DNA of 64,000 nt from Tubiluchus corallicola (Eukaryota; Animalia; Priapulida). The stretch is taken from NCBI GenBank assembly GCA_030141605.1, contig JAQGDQ010000003.1, forward strand, positions 2,046,001 to 2,110,000. Reading direction: 5' to 3'. Position 1 is the first letter of the stretch, and every line of letters begins with the position of its first letter. This document shows, one piece after another, positions 1-33,500 of this stretch. The notes below the pieces were generated by a model. The model searched no databases. It had not been told where the DNA came from and saw nothing but the letters and a program-made list of their open reading frames with translations. Made by a program: the position numbers and the translations under genes.

Positions 1-1
1 C

Positions 2-196
2 ACTACCATCCAGCACCAGCAGCCCCAAACCACCACCGCACCTCTACCACCACCAACAACCTACGACTGCACCCCTGCCAACCACCAAGCACGGTCGTAC
101 AATACCAGCAGCGATGACAGCAGTAAAATAACCGCTATTGTTGCAACTGTCAACAGCAGAATCGGTTGCAGGCAAAATATTACACTCGGAAATTAG
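2..196 (+). CDS. Possible 3' end of a coding exon entering from outside the window (Pro/Thr/Gln-rich)
   Basis: Frame 2 is open from the window edge to TAG at 194-196 (TTIQHQQPQTTTAPLPPPTTYDCTPANHQARSYNTSSDDSSK...). The segment is GC-richer than its flanks. No recognisable domain. Confidence 0.25.
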   Translation, partial: TTIQHQQPQTTTAPLPPPTTYDCTPANHQARSYNTSSDDSSKITAIVATVNSRIGCRQNITLGN

Positions 197-1984
197 TGAC
201 GCTCTACTGCTGATCAGATTCCGAACTGAATACTCATATTTTCAGTTTACGCAGTTTGCAGATCTCAATCCAGACAAAAGTGACATTAAAGAATTTCGTT
301 CCGTTATAATTTTACTAAATATTTATGATTATCCCTTTATTACAGCTTCCGAAATGACGAGTTCTCGCAATTTACGACAATAGTTACGTCTATAATACTT
401 TAATTAAAGTCAGCTAGAACTAGAAGTTATTTGTGCGTGTGCATTCACTGTTATAGCCATGGATTTATATCAATCGCTCCTAAACTGCCTACATGCACAT
501 CCATTGTACAAGTGCACTTTGCAGCAATCATTTTTCTTACATAATGTTGCATCAATTTCGCTTTGTGTGATTTCTAGGTATGTAATCCAGCGAAAATTTT
601 ACACATCGTCCTGACGGTGTCGCAAACTGACAGTTGGTACCTCAAATTTGTGACGTAGGTAAATTAGGCGTAAATTAAACATCGTCTATACAAGCCTAAA
701 CACATAACTGAATAAAACGTTCTTAGAGCTTATAATTGCTCTAGAATGAATAAAAATAGAATGTAAATATAACAGTATAATTAAGTTTTAGTTTCTATGT
801 ATAGGTGAAGGAGTGGAGAATGAACGTAAGTTACAGCAACTTTCGAAAAGGTAAAGCATTTTCGTTACTGACATTCTTGGATGAAAATCATGTAGAATTT
901 AGTATTTTTATGATCAGTCTACCTGTTCTTATAGTATGTGACTAGCTGCTGTGAAGGGTGTTCACCAGTACAGCGTGGGTCTAAAGATAATTGCTACCAA
1001 ATGATTGCCAACTGGTATAAAGTAGTTAAATGCAATTGTAAATGGCATTTTAGTTAAGAATTTATCAAATGATCTTGAATTTGCATGTAAAAATCTCAGT
1101 CATAACTAATAATATGCTAACCCTTAGCAACACATACGATTTCTCAAACTAGAAGACAAAAATATCTCACAGAATGTTACAAAAACTCTTCGCTAGTTAG
1201 AGATAAAACAACAACAAAATGAAATTCTAAAAGCTTGTAGAACTTTTAAGACTTTTTTGAGACAGGATATTTTAAGGACATTTGTGAAAGACCCAGATTA
1301 TGAAAATTGCAACATTTGAGAACTGTTGAAATAATGTTTTAACCTACAGATATGGTGCACAATAACCACAGCAATGCAAAATTTAATTCATAACTCTGTA
1401 ACATGAAGACGTAAAACACATACACAGGAAATCAGGAGGAATATTTTGAAATACTATACATAAATTATACATGTGATACAAACTGAGGCTGCTCACATCT
1501 GTACTACTGAAAACTGTAAGCAGATATTTACATAGGCACATATACACTTTTTAAGTTATTTACTTTGTATAAAAACAATTTATATATACAAGCATAGTAT
1601 ATATAATCAGCACAATAAATCATTTAAATTTAAACAATTACAATGATTATATGTACAAAAAATTATATACAAGCATAATAAATTATTTGAATTTGAACAA
1701 CTACAATGATTATATGTACAAAAAACTGAACATATATAAAAGTATACATCATAAATACAAACTCAACACTTTAGACAAATTTTCATTGATACTGCAAACT
1801 TTAGTCATCACCAGTATCTTAAAGATACTTAAAGTGCCTCATCATATACTGAATTCTTCAAATTCGTCAAAATTACACTCACAGTTGGTTTCCCCAATAA
1901 AACATTTTCAGCAATTCCTTTATTATTTCAAAGATTGTTTTCTTTACATTAGATGGTACTGCAAACAGCAACTATGTTATCGCC

Positions 1985-24148
<22,164 letters not shown>

Positions 24149-24949
24149 TTTCTTTTTCACAACATCCTGTGATGACAAAGAATGAATTAATTGAAAATAG
24201 TTTGCAGAAATGGAATATAGTAAATTTACATTAAAAAAAACATTTTGTTCTCAGACAAGCTGAAGAAAGAAAAGCAAACAGCAAAGGATTCTCTTTATTC
24301 TGTTTATTATGAGAATCGACCCAGAAAGAAATTCAATCACCCAGATCCATTTCTAGATCTCACGATGATTATGATGAAGATAGTAACGACAATAACTGTG
24401 TTGGCAATGAATCCTTTCATGTATAGTCAAGATACAATACTGATAATTTATTGGTAGAAAGTAATTTCACAAAATAAATAAAACATTAACATTAACAGAC
24501 AAGACTGCAAGTAGGCAAAATGGGTGAACCTGCTTAGCAACAAGTTGCCATTTTACTAGATCACTACTAAATTTTACTAAATACTTGAACGTTGGTGGTA
24601 CATCTTAAAAAACGCAAAGCAACCAACCGTACAGCAAATCAAAATGCTTGTTTTGCCAAAAAAAAACTGTTTGTAATCAAGCAATGCCAAATTTGAATGG
24701 TTTTTGGATTTCTGGGCAAGTTAGACTTAAACAAACTCTCAAACACAAGCTTTAGGTAACTTGATATAAACAGTGATTGGTGAACTATCGGTAAACTATT
24801 AAGCCGATCATATCATATGGTTCAGTAGCGCACAATCATAAAAAAATCAGCTTCGGTTCGGTTGAAGAAAAAGTGCCTTCAGTGCTCCCCTATGTAATAC
24901 TGCTCTCAATAATACAGTATTCCTAGATCCACTTCATCAATAGGTTCCA

Positions 24950-26150
24950 CTTTATCGTCGTCTTCTTAGTTTGTGATATTCTCAATTTTCACTGTATTTT
25001 TGCCACCATACTTTCATGCTTTTTCCTCCTGGTTTGATGACTTTACTTTTAATTTAATCCTACACCAATGTTTAAATTTCGTCATACATATTTCAACATA
25101 TTTAGCCACACTTTGCAGTATATGTATATCACTGCTATGTATATTCTCTCATCGTGAATTCCTCCTCATTTGTTTTCTTCACATCTTCACATCTGAACAG
25201 GTATTTAGCTGTGTCATTTTCTCTTTTGCACACTGGACATACATATTATCCTTGCACTTATTCCTATAATTATATTCGGCACCTATCACATTGAATCTAG
25301 TGTACAATAGATCTGTTATTATTTTTTGACTACCCTGTTGAATATAGGTTTTACATTTTCATTCTGTAAAAGTTTTGTACTATCTGTTACTTTGCGTAAT
25401 ACCATCTTTAATGCTTTTCTTCCATTCTGAGTTTTTTCTTAGTTATTACACTTTTTATTGTTACATCATAATTTCAGTTGTAAATTAGTATTAACCCATG
25501 ACCATCCACATTATTTCTTAATTGGTGTTGTGCTATCGATTTTCATCAAGGATGATAAGGCATCAATTCATTTTCGTATAAATATACAGTAATCTATTTT
25601 TGTTCCAGTGGCTATAATTCAGTTTCAATTAAAAAATCTCAATAAGAGGTTGTGTTTATTCAATTAAACATACTTTTTACTGTTTTTCCTTGGATTTGCT
25701 CAAACTTCTTCAAGTCACTTGGAGTCATCTTTCCCCAAGTTTTAAATGAACTAAGTATTGTTGGCAAAGCAACTGTTTCGTATAATTTTAGATTTACTGT
25801 TTCTGGGAAAAGACCCACATTTCTTTCTTTAGCTAAATTAATTATATATCACATTACAAATTTATTTTTCATTTGACTTTCTGCAATTGACATTTCACTG
25901 CTATTTTGACGATCCAATCATAGGCAACCGATCCAATTTCTTAAATATTTTATGCCTCAATTCTCTAATCTGTAAATGTGATAATACAGTTTTTGCCTTT
26001 GTCATTTTGCTTCTCAAATAATTAGTTTTCTCTACATTAAAACTCATTCGTTTCTTTTTCCCAATTGTCCTCGGTTTTCAAATTGATCTAGCATAGTTTC
26101 TTTACTACCTATTTCTAGTATATCGCTTACATCCTATTTGTCATTCTGTT
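24950..26150 (-). mobile_element. Heavily decayed LINE ORF2 C-terminal fragment
   Basis: Minus-strand translation with stops gives LKLYETVALPTILSSFKTWGKMTPSDLKKFEQIQGK...LIETEL*PLEQKIDY and a CPVCKRENDTAKYLFRC knuckle, resembling the post-RT region of non-LTR elements. Boundaries approximate. Confidence 0.65.
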
Positions 26151-27026
26151 CCCTATAATGACGTAGCACTATTTAATTTGTTGATTTTGCTAACTGCTGT
26201 GCAGCATACAATTTGTTGCCAGTAGCACAGTCTCGCGATGCATATTACCCTAAAGGGTTTTGCAACTATTGTAGTAGTAGACCATCTCTGTGTAGTTCTA
26301 AAGAACTTTAGAGAACTATGTAATTCATTATTAATGGCAATATAAACACTTAAAACATTACTGTGGCACCGTAGAATCGACCGACAGGAAGACAAAGTAC
26401 GACATGATGAGTAGGAAGTTTCCAGCTAGCCTCATGATTGTATTTCAATGGGTGATCTTTATGTGTTAAGTCAAATAGCTGCTTAAACTTGTTCAACAAA
26501 GATGCTAATCTATCAGTGGTAAGAAGAGCATTCCAAATTTGAACTTTTGTCATGAACACAAAGGTGCTATTGAACTTCATGTACACAAAGAAATATGTTT
26601 ACATATACTACACCAGGAACTGCAATAGCAGCACAAGAAAACTCAGTAGTATCACCAAAATTACGATATTTTTTCTTAATTTTTTGATAATTTCATTTTG
26701 ATACCCAAAAAAGCAAAAATTTCTGGAGCATAAATTTGCCCTTTAGGCCAAGCATCAGGGCTTTCTACGTTTCACATTCAGTTCACTTTCAAATGGTTGA
26801 CAAACCTGAAACACACACACAGTCTACAGATGAACAGGTTCACTGTGAGTGATAACACATGCATTGAAGTAGTCACTACAAAGATATCTGCAGATCAGTA
26901 AAAACGTAATCACAAGGCAACGTTAATAAAAACTGTTTCACTTGAAAAAAACTGACTGGATTATGTAATTTCTATTTTTGCTTTTTAAGCACCTTTTACA
27001 GCACAATCACATCATATTCCAATTAC

Positions 27027-27245
27027 CTCCGTTGTAGACAGTCGGCAGGCAGAACGCCAAAATAAAAGAAATCTGCCCTCAAGACAAGTTAACGCAGCTG
27101 TTAATCCAGTAAAAAACTAGACATCGCTATACTTCCAATTACCGCACAAATTCTCATCATAACGCATAACAAATGCGGGAAACCACAAAAATTATTTATA
27201 TTTAATGATTTCATGCGAGCAACGACAGCGGGCATGCTACCAAAC
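27027..27245 (-). promoter_or_regulatory. Candidate non-coding first exon and promoter of GON4L
   Basis: Strong minus-strand donor GGAG|GTAATT at 27027/27026 in a locally CpG-richer patch upstream of the first coding exon, which begins with an acceptor. Inference only. Confidence 0.35.
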
Positions 27246-27249
27246 AGTC

Positions 27250-28465
27250 TCTCTCCTGGTAGTGGTGAAACAACAGGTAATGCGAATTGTGTAGGTGCGA
27301 CCAAAGCCCCTTCAAAAGGCCCCCACTGAGTAGTGACCACATTCAGTGATACCCTCTTTTGAAGGGGCCTTGGGTGCGACCACTGCTCTAGAATGGCACC
27401 GAGTATGGTCACTGGATAGTGGTCGCTAGGATAGACACAAGAGTGCCCAAGATCACACAACATTTCGACTGGGAGACTCCAGTCCTTGCGTCAGTCATCT
27501 TGTAGGAGAACAGTTCAATTAAATTCAAGTTTATTGGGCAAATACTTCAGCACAGAGTAGTGAGAGTGCATATTCCAAATTAACAAAAAAATTTGAAAGT
27601 AAGAGGATCAGTTTAGATAGAAAATTAAGAATCTTTGCTGCACTAGTGGAAACTGTGTTTCTCTATAACACAGAATTATGGACAATTAAAGCACAACACG
27701 AATCAGAAATTGATGCATTTCAAAGAAGAAACTACAGGAACATTCTAGGAATAAAACGGCCAGTGAAATTATCAAACCATAAGGAGGACAGCTGCTGACT
27801 TACATCAATTTCATCTTATCCAGGGCCTATTTCAGCCTAAGCTAGGCCAGGGGAAGTGGGGGGTGTGAGGCCATGGTTGGCGCCCAGAAAATTTTTGAAC
27901 TGCCAGAACGCCGGAGAAGCATTTTCGAAGAGAAAATATGGAGTTATACAGTTGTTAAAGGAAAGAAAAACTGCTTTATTCTCAAAACCAGTCCTTAATA
28001 CTTGTCAAATAGTCAAATGAAAAACAACATCTTTGCAATATGTAATATCGTACTCTCACTTCCGTACAAGCCATCTTCTGACTTTTTGTTTCGCAAAGTT
28101 ATCAATTAACTCGTTAAAATCAAGGCCTCTTGCTATATCCATATTCATACGAAACAGCTGAACATCGGCACCGAGCCGCACAAGGCAAACCGCGTTCGTG
28201 CGGCAAGACAGAGAGGGGGAGAGATGAGGCAGCATGTTCGGATAAAGCAAAAAAAAAGTTACCTAGGCGCGAACCTGGAGGGTGAGGCCCCGGGGAAGTA
28301 TCCCCACTCCCCCCCCTTGAAATAGGGCCTGATCTTATCAACACACCATTAGATATCAAAAATACAGAGACACGGGAGGTTGCGGGTAACAGGCAGCATG
28401 GAGTAAAGTGATCAGGAGAGTCATGTCAAACGACTTGTGAGTCCAGAGATGAGATGATGATGAGT
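27250..28465 (+). mobile_element. Internally deleted RTE-clade LINE derivative, interrupted by a hAT MITE
   Basis: About 27576-27783 translates to KLTKKFESKRISLDRKLRIFAALVETVFLYNTELWTIKAQHESEIDAFQRRNYRNILGIKRPVKLSN, typical of the RTE post-RT region. A structured leader lies at about 27290-27510 and the 3' end has a GATGAGATGATGATGA tail near 28448-28463. Boundaries approximate; no TSD found. Confidence 0.75.
27821..28331 (-). mobile_element. Non-autonomous hAT DNA transposon (511 bp) with a transposase C-terminal remnant
   Basis: TIRs CAGGGCCTATTTCA and TGAAATAGGGCCTG; perfect 8-bp TSD ATCTTATC (27813-27820, 28332-28339). The internal minus-strand peptide MDIARGLDFNELIDNFAKQKVRR resembles the end of the hAT dimerisation domain. 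Confidence 0.92.
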
Positions 28466-30511
28466 GAGAGTGTATTGGCTAATTTTATATCTATAAAAGA
28501 CACCTTGTTCAAAAGTGCCGACAGAACTGCAGAATGCGTAAAATTACAGAGATTACAAATCATTAGTAACATTACAAACAGTCAAATAGAGAGCAAAGTA
28601 AAATCTTAATTTATTATTATGGTAAGCTACTGCTAAGTTTTCTTGTTATTACTATTTCTTATGTATGAGTCTGACCTTAATTTATATGTAAACACAGAAG
28701 TAAAATAACAAATTATTACATCTACTATCCACTAGCAGATATTACATTCTGAGGTGGTATTAATTATCAGGCTGTAACAGGATATCTACAATAAATCAAA
28801 ATAATAACTTTATGTGCAATTAATATAAGATGAAGCTCGTTTTCTACAATAGAGACATATTTAGTCATTTTTAGCTTGTCTGGTATATCGGCATATGTCT
28901 ATTAAGTTTTCGAAATATTTTGGTCAAGTTTGTTAATTAATCACTAACACCTTATGAATTAATGAATAATTATTGTTATTGAATTATTTAGTTAGTACCA
29001 CATAGTTGTTTTAAGAGCTTTTCAATTGTTCAAGTATTTACCAATTATGTTCAAATTGAAATTAGATTTTTTATCTCAAAACTTGCCTAGTTTTAGCACA
29101 ACACGCTGATTATCTTACAGTAGCACTGTATTTCAGTTTTCGCTTCGGAAACACGTGCAACACGCTCGTGAAACGTTTTTGCTGTTGAAAATTATGTTAG
29201 TTTCTGAGCTCATCAATATTTGGGCTCGCCTGCTGTTCACCAAGTTTTTAATCTATTATATAATTATCGGAAACGCTTTTGCAGTATTAATTGTATTAAA
29301 ATACATACTTTTTATCGGACTAGAAAGTGGACAGTATACGAAAAATCATCAAAAATAAAGTAATCAACAATTGCTATTAATTAAAATTTTTGCTATAGCT
29401 CATCACTACCTGACAGTTTTTTGTTGTGCAATCCTAATAAAGAATAAAGTCTTATTATCCTTACATTACATGAATAGTTAAAACTGAAGATTATTGCCAT
29501 AACTTTATCAATCCTGATGTACAGAAGCACATTACTAAGCTGACCTACAATGTTGTAGAACAGTTACGTGGTGTTTCCTACTGACGTGTTATTTTCTATA
29601 CTACTCAGCTCAAAAATTAACAAGAAAAGTAAACTGCAAAAATAGAATTGGTTTATTTTTTTAATATTTTAAGAATTACACTTATGAAAAATGGTGCAAT
29701 TGGCACTGAATTTGCATAATAATCAATTAAGTGGATGCACACATATCACGATGTCAGTACATAAAACGTTACTAAATGTATATAATAAACATGCAGAGTA
29801 TCTTATTACGTAGTAACATGATTACCTCACTAAACTTCTTAAATGAATAGGCTAACAATTATAAAAATGTAACAGCTATATTCTTGTGTTTTAGTTTTCG
29901 GTTGTTGCAAATACTACTGTTTTAACACAGATTAAACAATGCTAAACTAAAAGTAAAGATAAAGGTCAATAACACGCATATCAGACAAAAAAAAAATGAA
30001 ACACGAAGAGAACTCATTAACTAAACTATTACTGAAGCAGTAGCAAGGTTAGTACCACAATTAAATTTAAATAAAGAAAGACAAATTTCCATAAAACAAT
30101 GAAACCAAATGTAATGGAGCAAAATGTTATTATACTTGAAAGAAAAAATACAACAAATAAAAAAAACATCTAACGAAAAAAATAATGAAGAAGCATAAAG
30201 CCAGGAGATGAAAGCTAATAATAATGAATTAAGTGCAGAGAGTCTTAGAAGTTACATAAATAAAAGGTATATAGGAATGTGCCCAATAATACTGCTAAGT
30301 CAAATATCTACTTTCAAGATAATACAATAAAAAGGCAGGACATATATAAACTTGTGTTTGATTTCAGAAATTTCCTTGATTCACCAACAGATTGGGTCAC
30401 AAAGAAATGGCAACAAAAACACAATCATGGCCACAGCTTGCTTTGCTTTGTGGTGACAGGTTGTGCACAACATTGCTTTGCAAAAATATAATCCAATGAT
30501 TGTCCTTTCTC

Positions 30512-33500
30512 TCACCACAGATCATCTACATCAATGCCAAGGCATTGCATTTGCATAGCAACTAGATCAGCAGCATAGCTGTCCCCACCACCCAAAATGC
30601 TGTAGATGTCAAAGTGATCAAGCATCTGATGAAAATTGTTCCCATCAATGTGACTATAGTCATCACCATAATCCAACATATCACTGTCGCTGTCTGAGTC
30701 AGATAAACCACCACCCAGCACGTGACGGAGCATGACCCCAGCAATAAGACTTTCCATTTCATCTTCGTCTTTATTTGATATGTACAGGTCTCGACGGCGA
30801 CGGTGTAGCCTCTCCTGCATCCCAAAGTTTGGCGACTGCTCATCTAGGCACAAATACTTGAGCTTAGGTGCAACAGCCTTGTCAAACAGCGGCTCAAAAC
30901 AGTCTTGTAACGATCCAGGAATCTTGTCATTACCAGATATCTACATATAAACAATAGTCACAAATTCATAAGCAAATTTATCCATTAATATGTTTGCAGT
31001 ACGTAAATGCAGTAAACAAAGAATAATTTTGTCAACAGAAACTAGTAGAATTCCACTGAGATCATAACCACTGACTAGGGGTGAGCATTGAACGTTCGAA
31101 TTCGATTCGAAAGAGTTTTTTTTTAATTCGAATTCGATGCAAACCTAGATTCAAATAATTCAGCACTTCAACCACCTACGTTCTTTTGTCATTAAAACAT
31201 TTTAAACATTAAGCAACTAGCAGAATTTTTGTCATTAAAACATTTTAAACATCATGCAATCAATTAGCACAATTTAGTAGCCATTTCTGCGTGCAATTTT
31301 TAAACTAATTATTAGTGGTTTTATTGCAGAACAAAATCGAGTAATAGGGAGCATGCATGACCTTTGTAAAACTGCTTTTTACCGAGGGATCGAAAACTTG
31401 TTCGAAAATCACTCAAACTCAATTCGAATTCGAAATACTGAAATTTGGTTTGATTCGAATTCAAGTCACAAATTTGATTCAGTTCGAATTAGATTGCTGG
31501 TAGAGAATGTTCATCCCTACCACTGACCCCAGCATATGTCAGTAGTAACCCCTGCAATATTGGAATATACATGGCTTTTTACTTTTTAAAATGCACTACG
31601 GCACACTGGACAAGGACGTGTTGTGGATAGAACACAGGCAAACATACTTTCGCTACCTATGATTTCACTACATATACATAAGTAAATTGCTCAAGAACAA
31701 TCAACAGTATTGACAAATACAACCATCTCATAGTTTACAAACCTACCAAATATAAAATGTTCTTTGTTTATTTTGAATTGACAACAATTTGTTGCACAAA
31801 CATATGAAAATAGTAATGGATCTAAGCTTTACACCATTCCAAACAAAGGCTAGAAAATATCATCTGTACACGACAAGTTAGGCACATTTCTACTTGGAAT
31901 AAAGTCATATTTGTACACTTTCTCTTCCTAACTGATTCATCAATAATAACTGACCTCCAGCGCTTCTATATGTTTACATGTGTTCACTACAGCTTTGAAT
32001 GCTGCATCTGTTAGTTTTGTACAAGATGTTAATCTTAGATATCTTAGGTTGGGAGCCTTGGAGATTAATTCAATAATTACATCATCAGTCAGCCCACTGC
32101 CATCACCTGAAATAATTTAAAAATGTACATAAATACTGTTTTACGTTAAATTTAATGATAAATTTAAATAAGTCAGATAGATATAAAAATAACTGCATTA
32201 AACCCAACATCACTGAAGTCAAATGAAATACCTGTATCAGAACTACCTAGTTCCAGCACTTCCAAATCAGGGCATTTTTCTATTATTGTTCTTATATGAT
32301 CATCTTTTACCCCAAAGTCACTGCAATTATTTAAATAGAACACTATTAACCATAAATTATGCAGCCATAGCAACAATACTACAAAGTATGTAATGGCCAC
32401 AATACTGTCTTAAAATTTATTAATAGGGACACGTTATTAACTTTGCAGCCAAATTTACCAAAAAATAAGCAAATTTAGCATAAATCCAGCATTTTACAAC
32501 TAAAGCACGAAATTTATCAGTGAAAGAGCATGTTTAATAAATTAAAATTAAGCAAGAACTCAATTGACTTGCAACATAGCTTTAATCATTAAATCTTTTG
32601 CACTTAAACGTGTCATAAAATGGTCACGTAGACTAGCAAAATTGTACTCACCAACCAAAATACACTCGCTTTGGAGCAGAAGCTAGAGTAACAGTTTTGG
32701 TGAAGTTAGAAAACTCAGACTGCTTCATAAATGACATTGTGGGCCTCACAAGTGCAAATTTCATCATGAACTGATCAGGGTATTCTAAAAATGAAAACAT
32801 ATTATTTCTGAAAATGTGTCTGTCTCCAATTACAATTGCCAAAATGCTCCTAATAATTAAATATTAACGTAGAATCAGAAACTAACATGGTGGCCCAACA
32901 ATGCAATTAGCAATGACATCACCTTTGGGTACAATTTCCATATAGTTCTCGCGGCAAAAGCTTTGAGAAGTGAAGAATTACAATACGTGATTAGAGTCCA
33001 GTCAAACTAGCCCAAAAAATGTAAGGTCAAGGTCATTCACAATGGCTGCCGATGCAGCATTAAAGTCAAAATAATTCAACGAGGTGGTATTTAAGATGGT
33101 ATAAATATATTACCAGCTGATATAAACATACATATGGCCTGTCAAAAAATGGTGTTTCAAGGTCATTCAACTTCAAGTTCATTCAAAATGGCCGCCAATG
33201 CACCAATAAAGTCAAAATAACTCAGTTAGTAGACTTCATAAATGTATTAACAGCTGCGATAAATGTGCATATGCTTGCTTACTTACGGTTACGGTTGTCT
33301 GTAACACAGGGCATCCACAAGTAAGTCTATACTCTATAAGCCATCATTTATGTCTTCAGTTTCAGATACATTATCAGTTAGTTCCTCCTTGTTTTGACAA
33401 CTTTACCCGTGACAATTGAAATAAGCTGCCACACAGTACAAACCATGTGCTTGGCAAGAATGTGCAGCAGTAAAGATGTCTTGTACTTGCACTGAACAAC

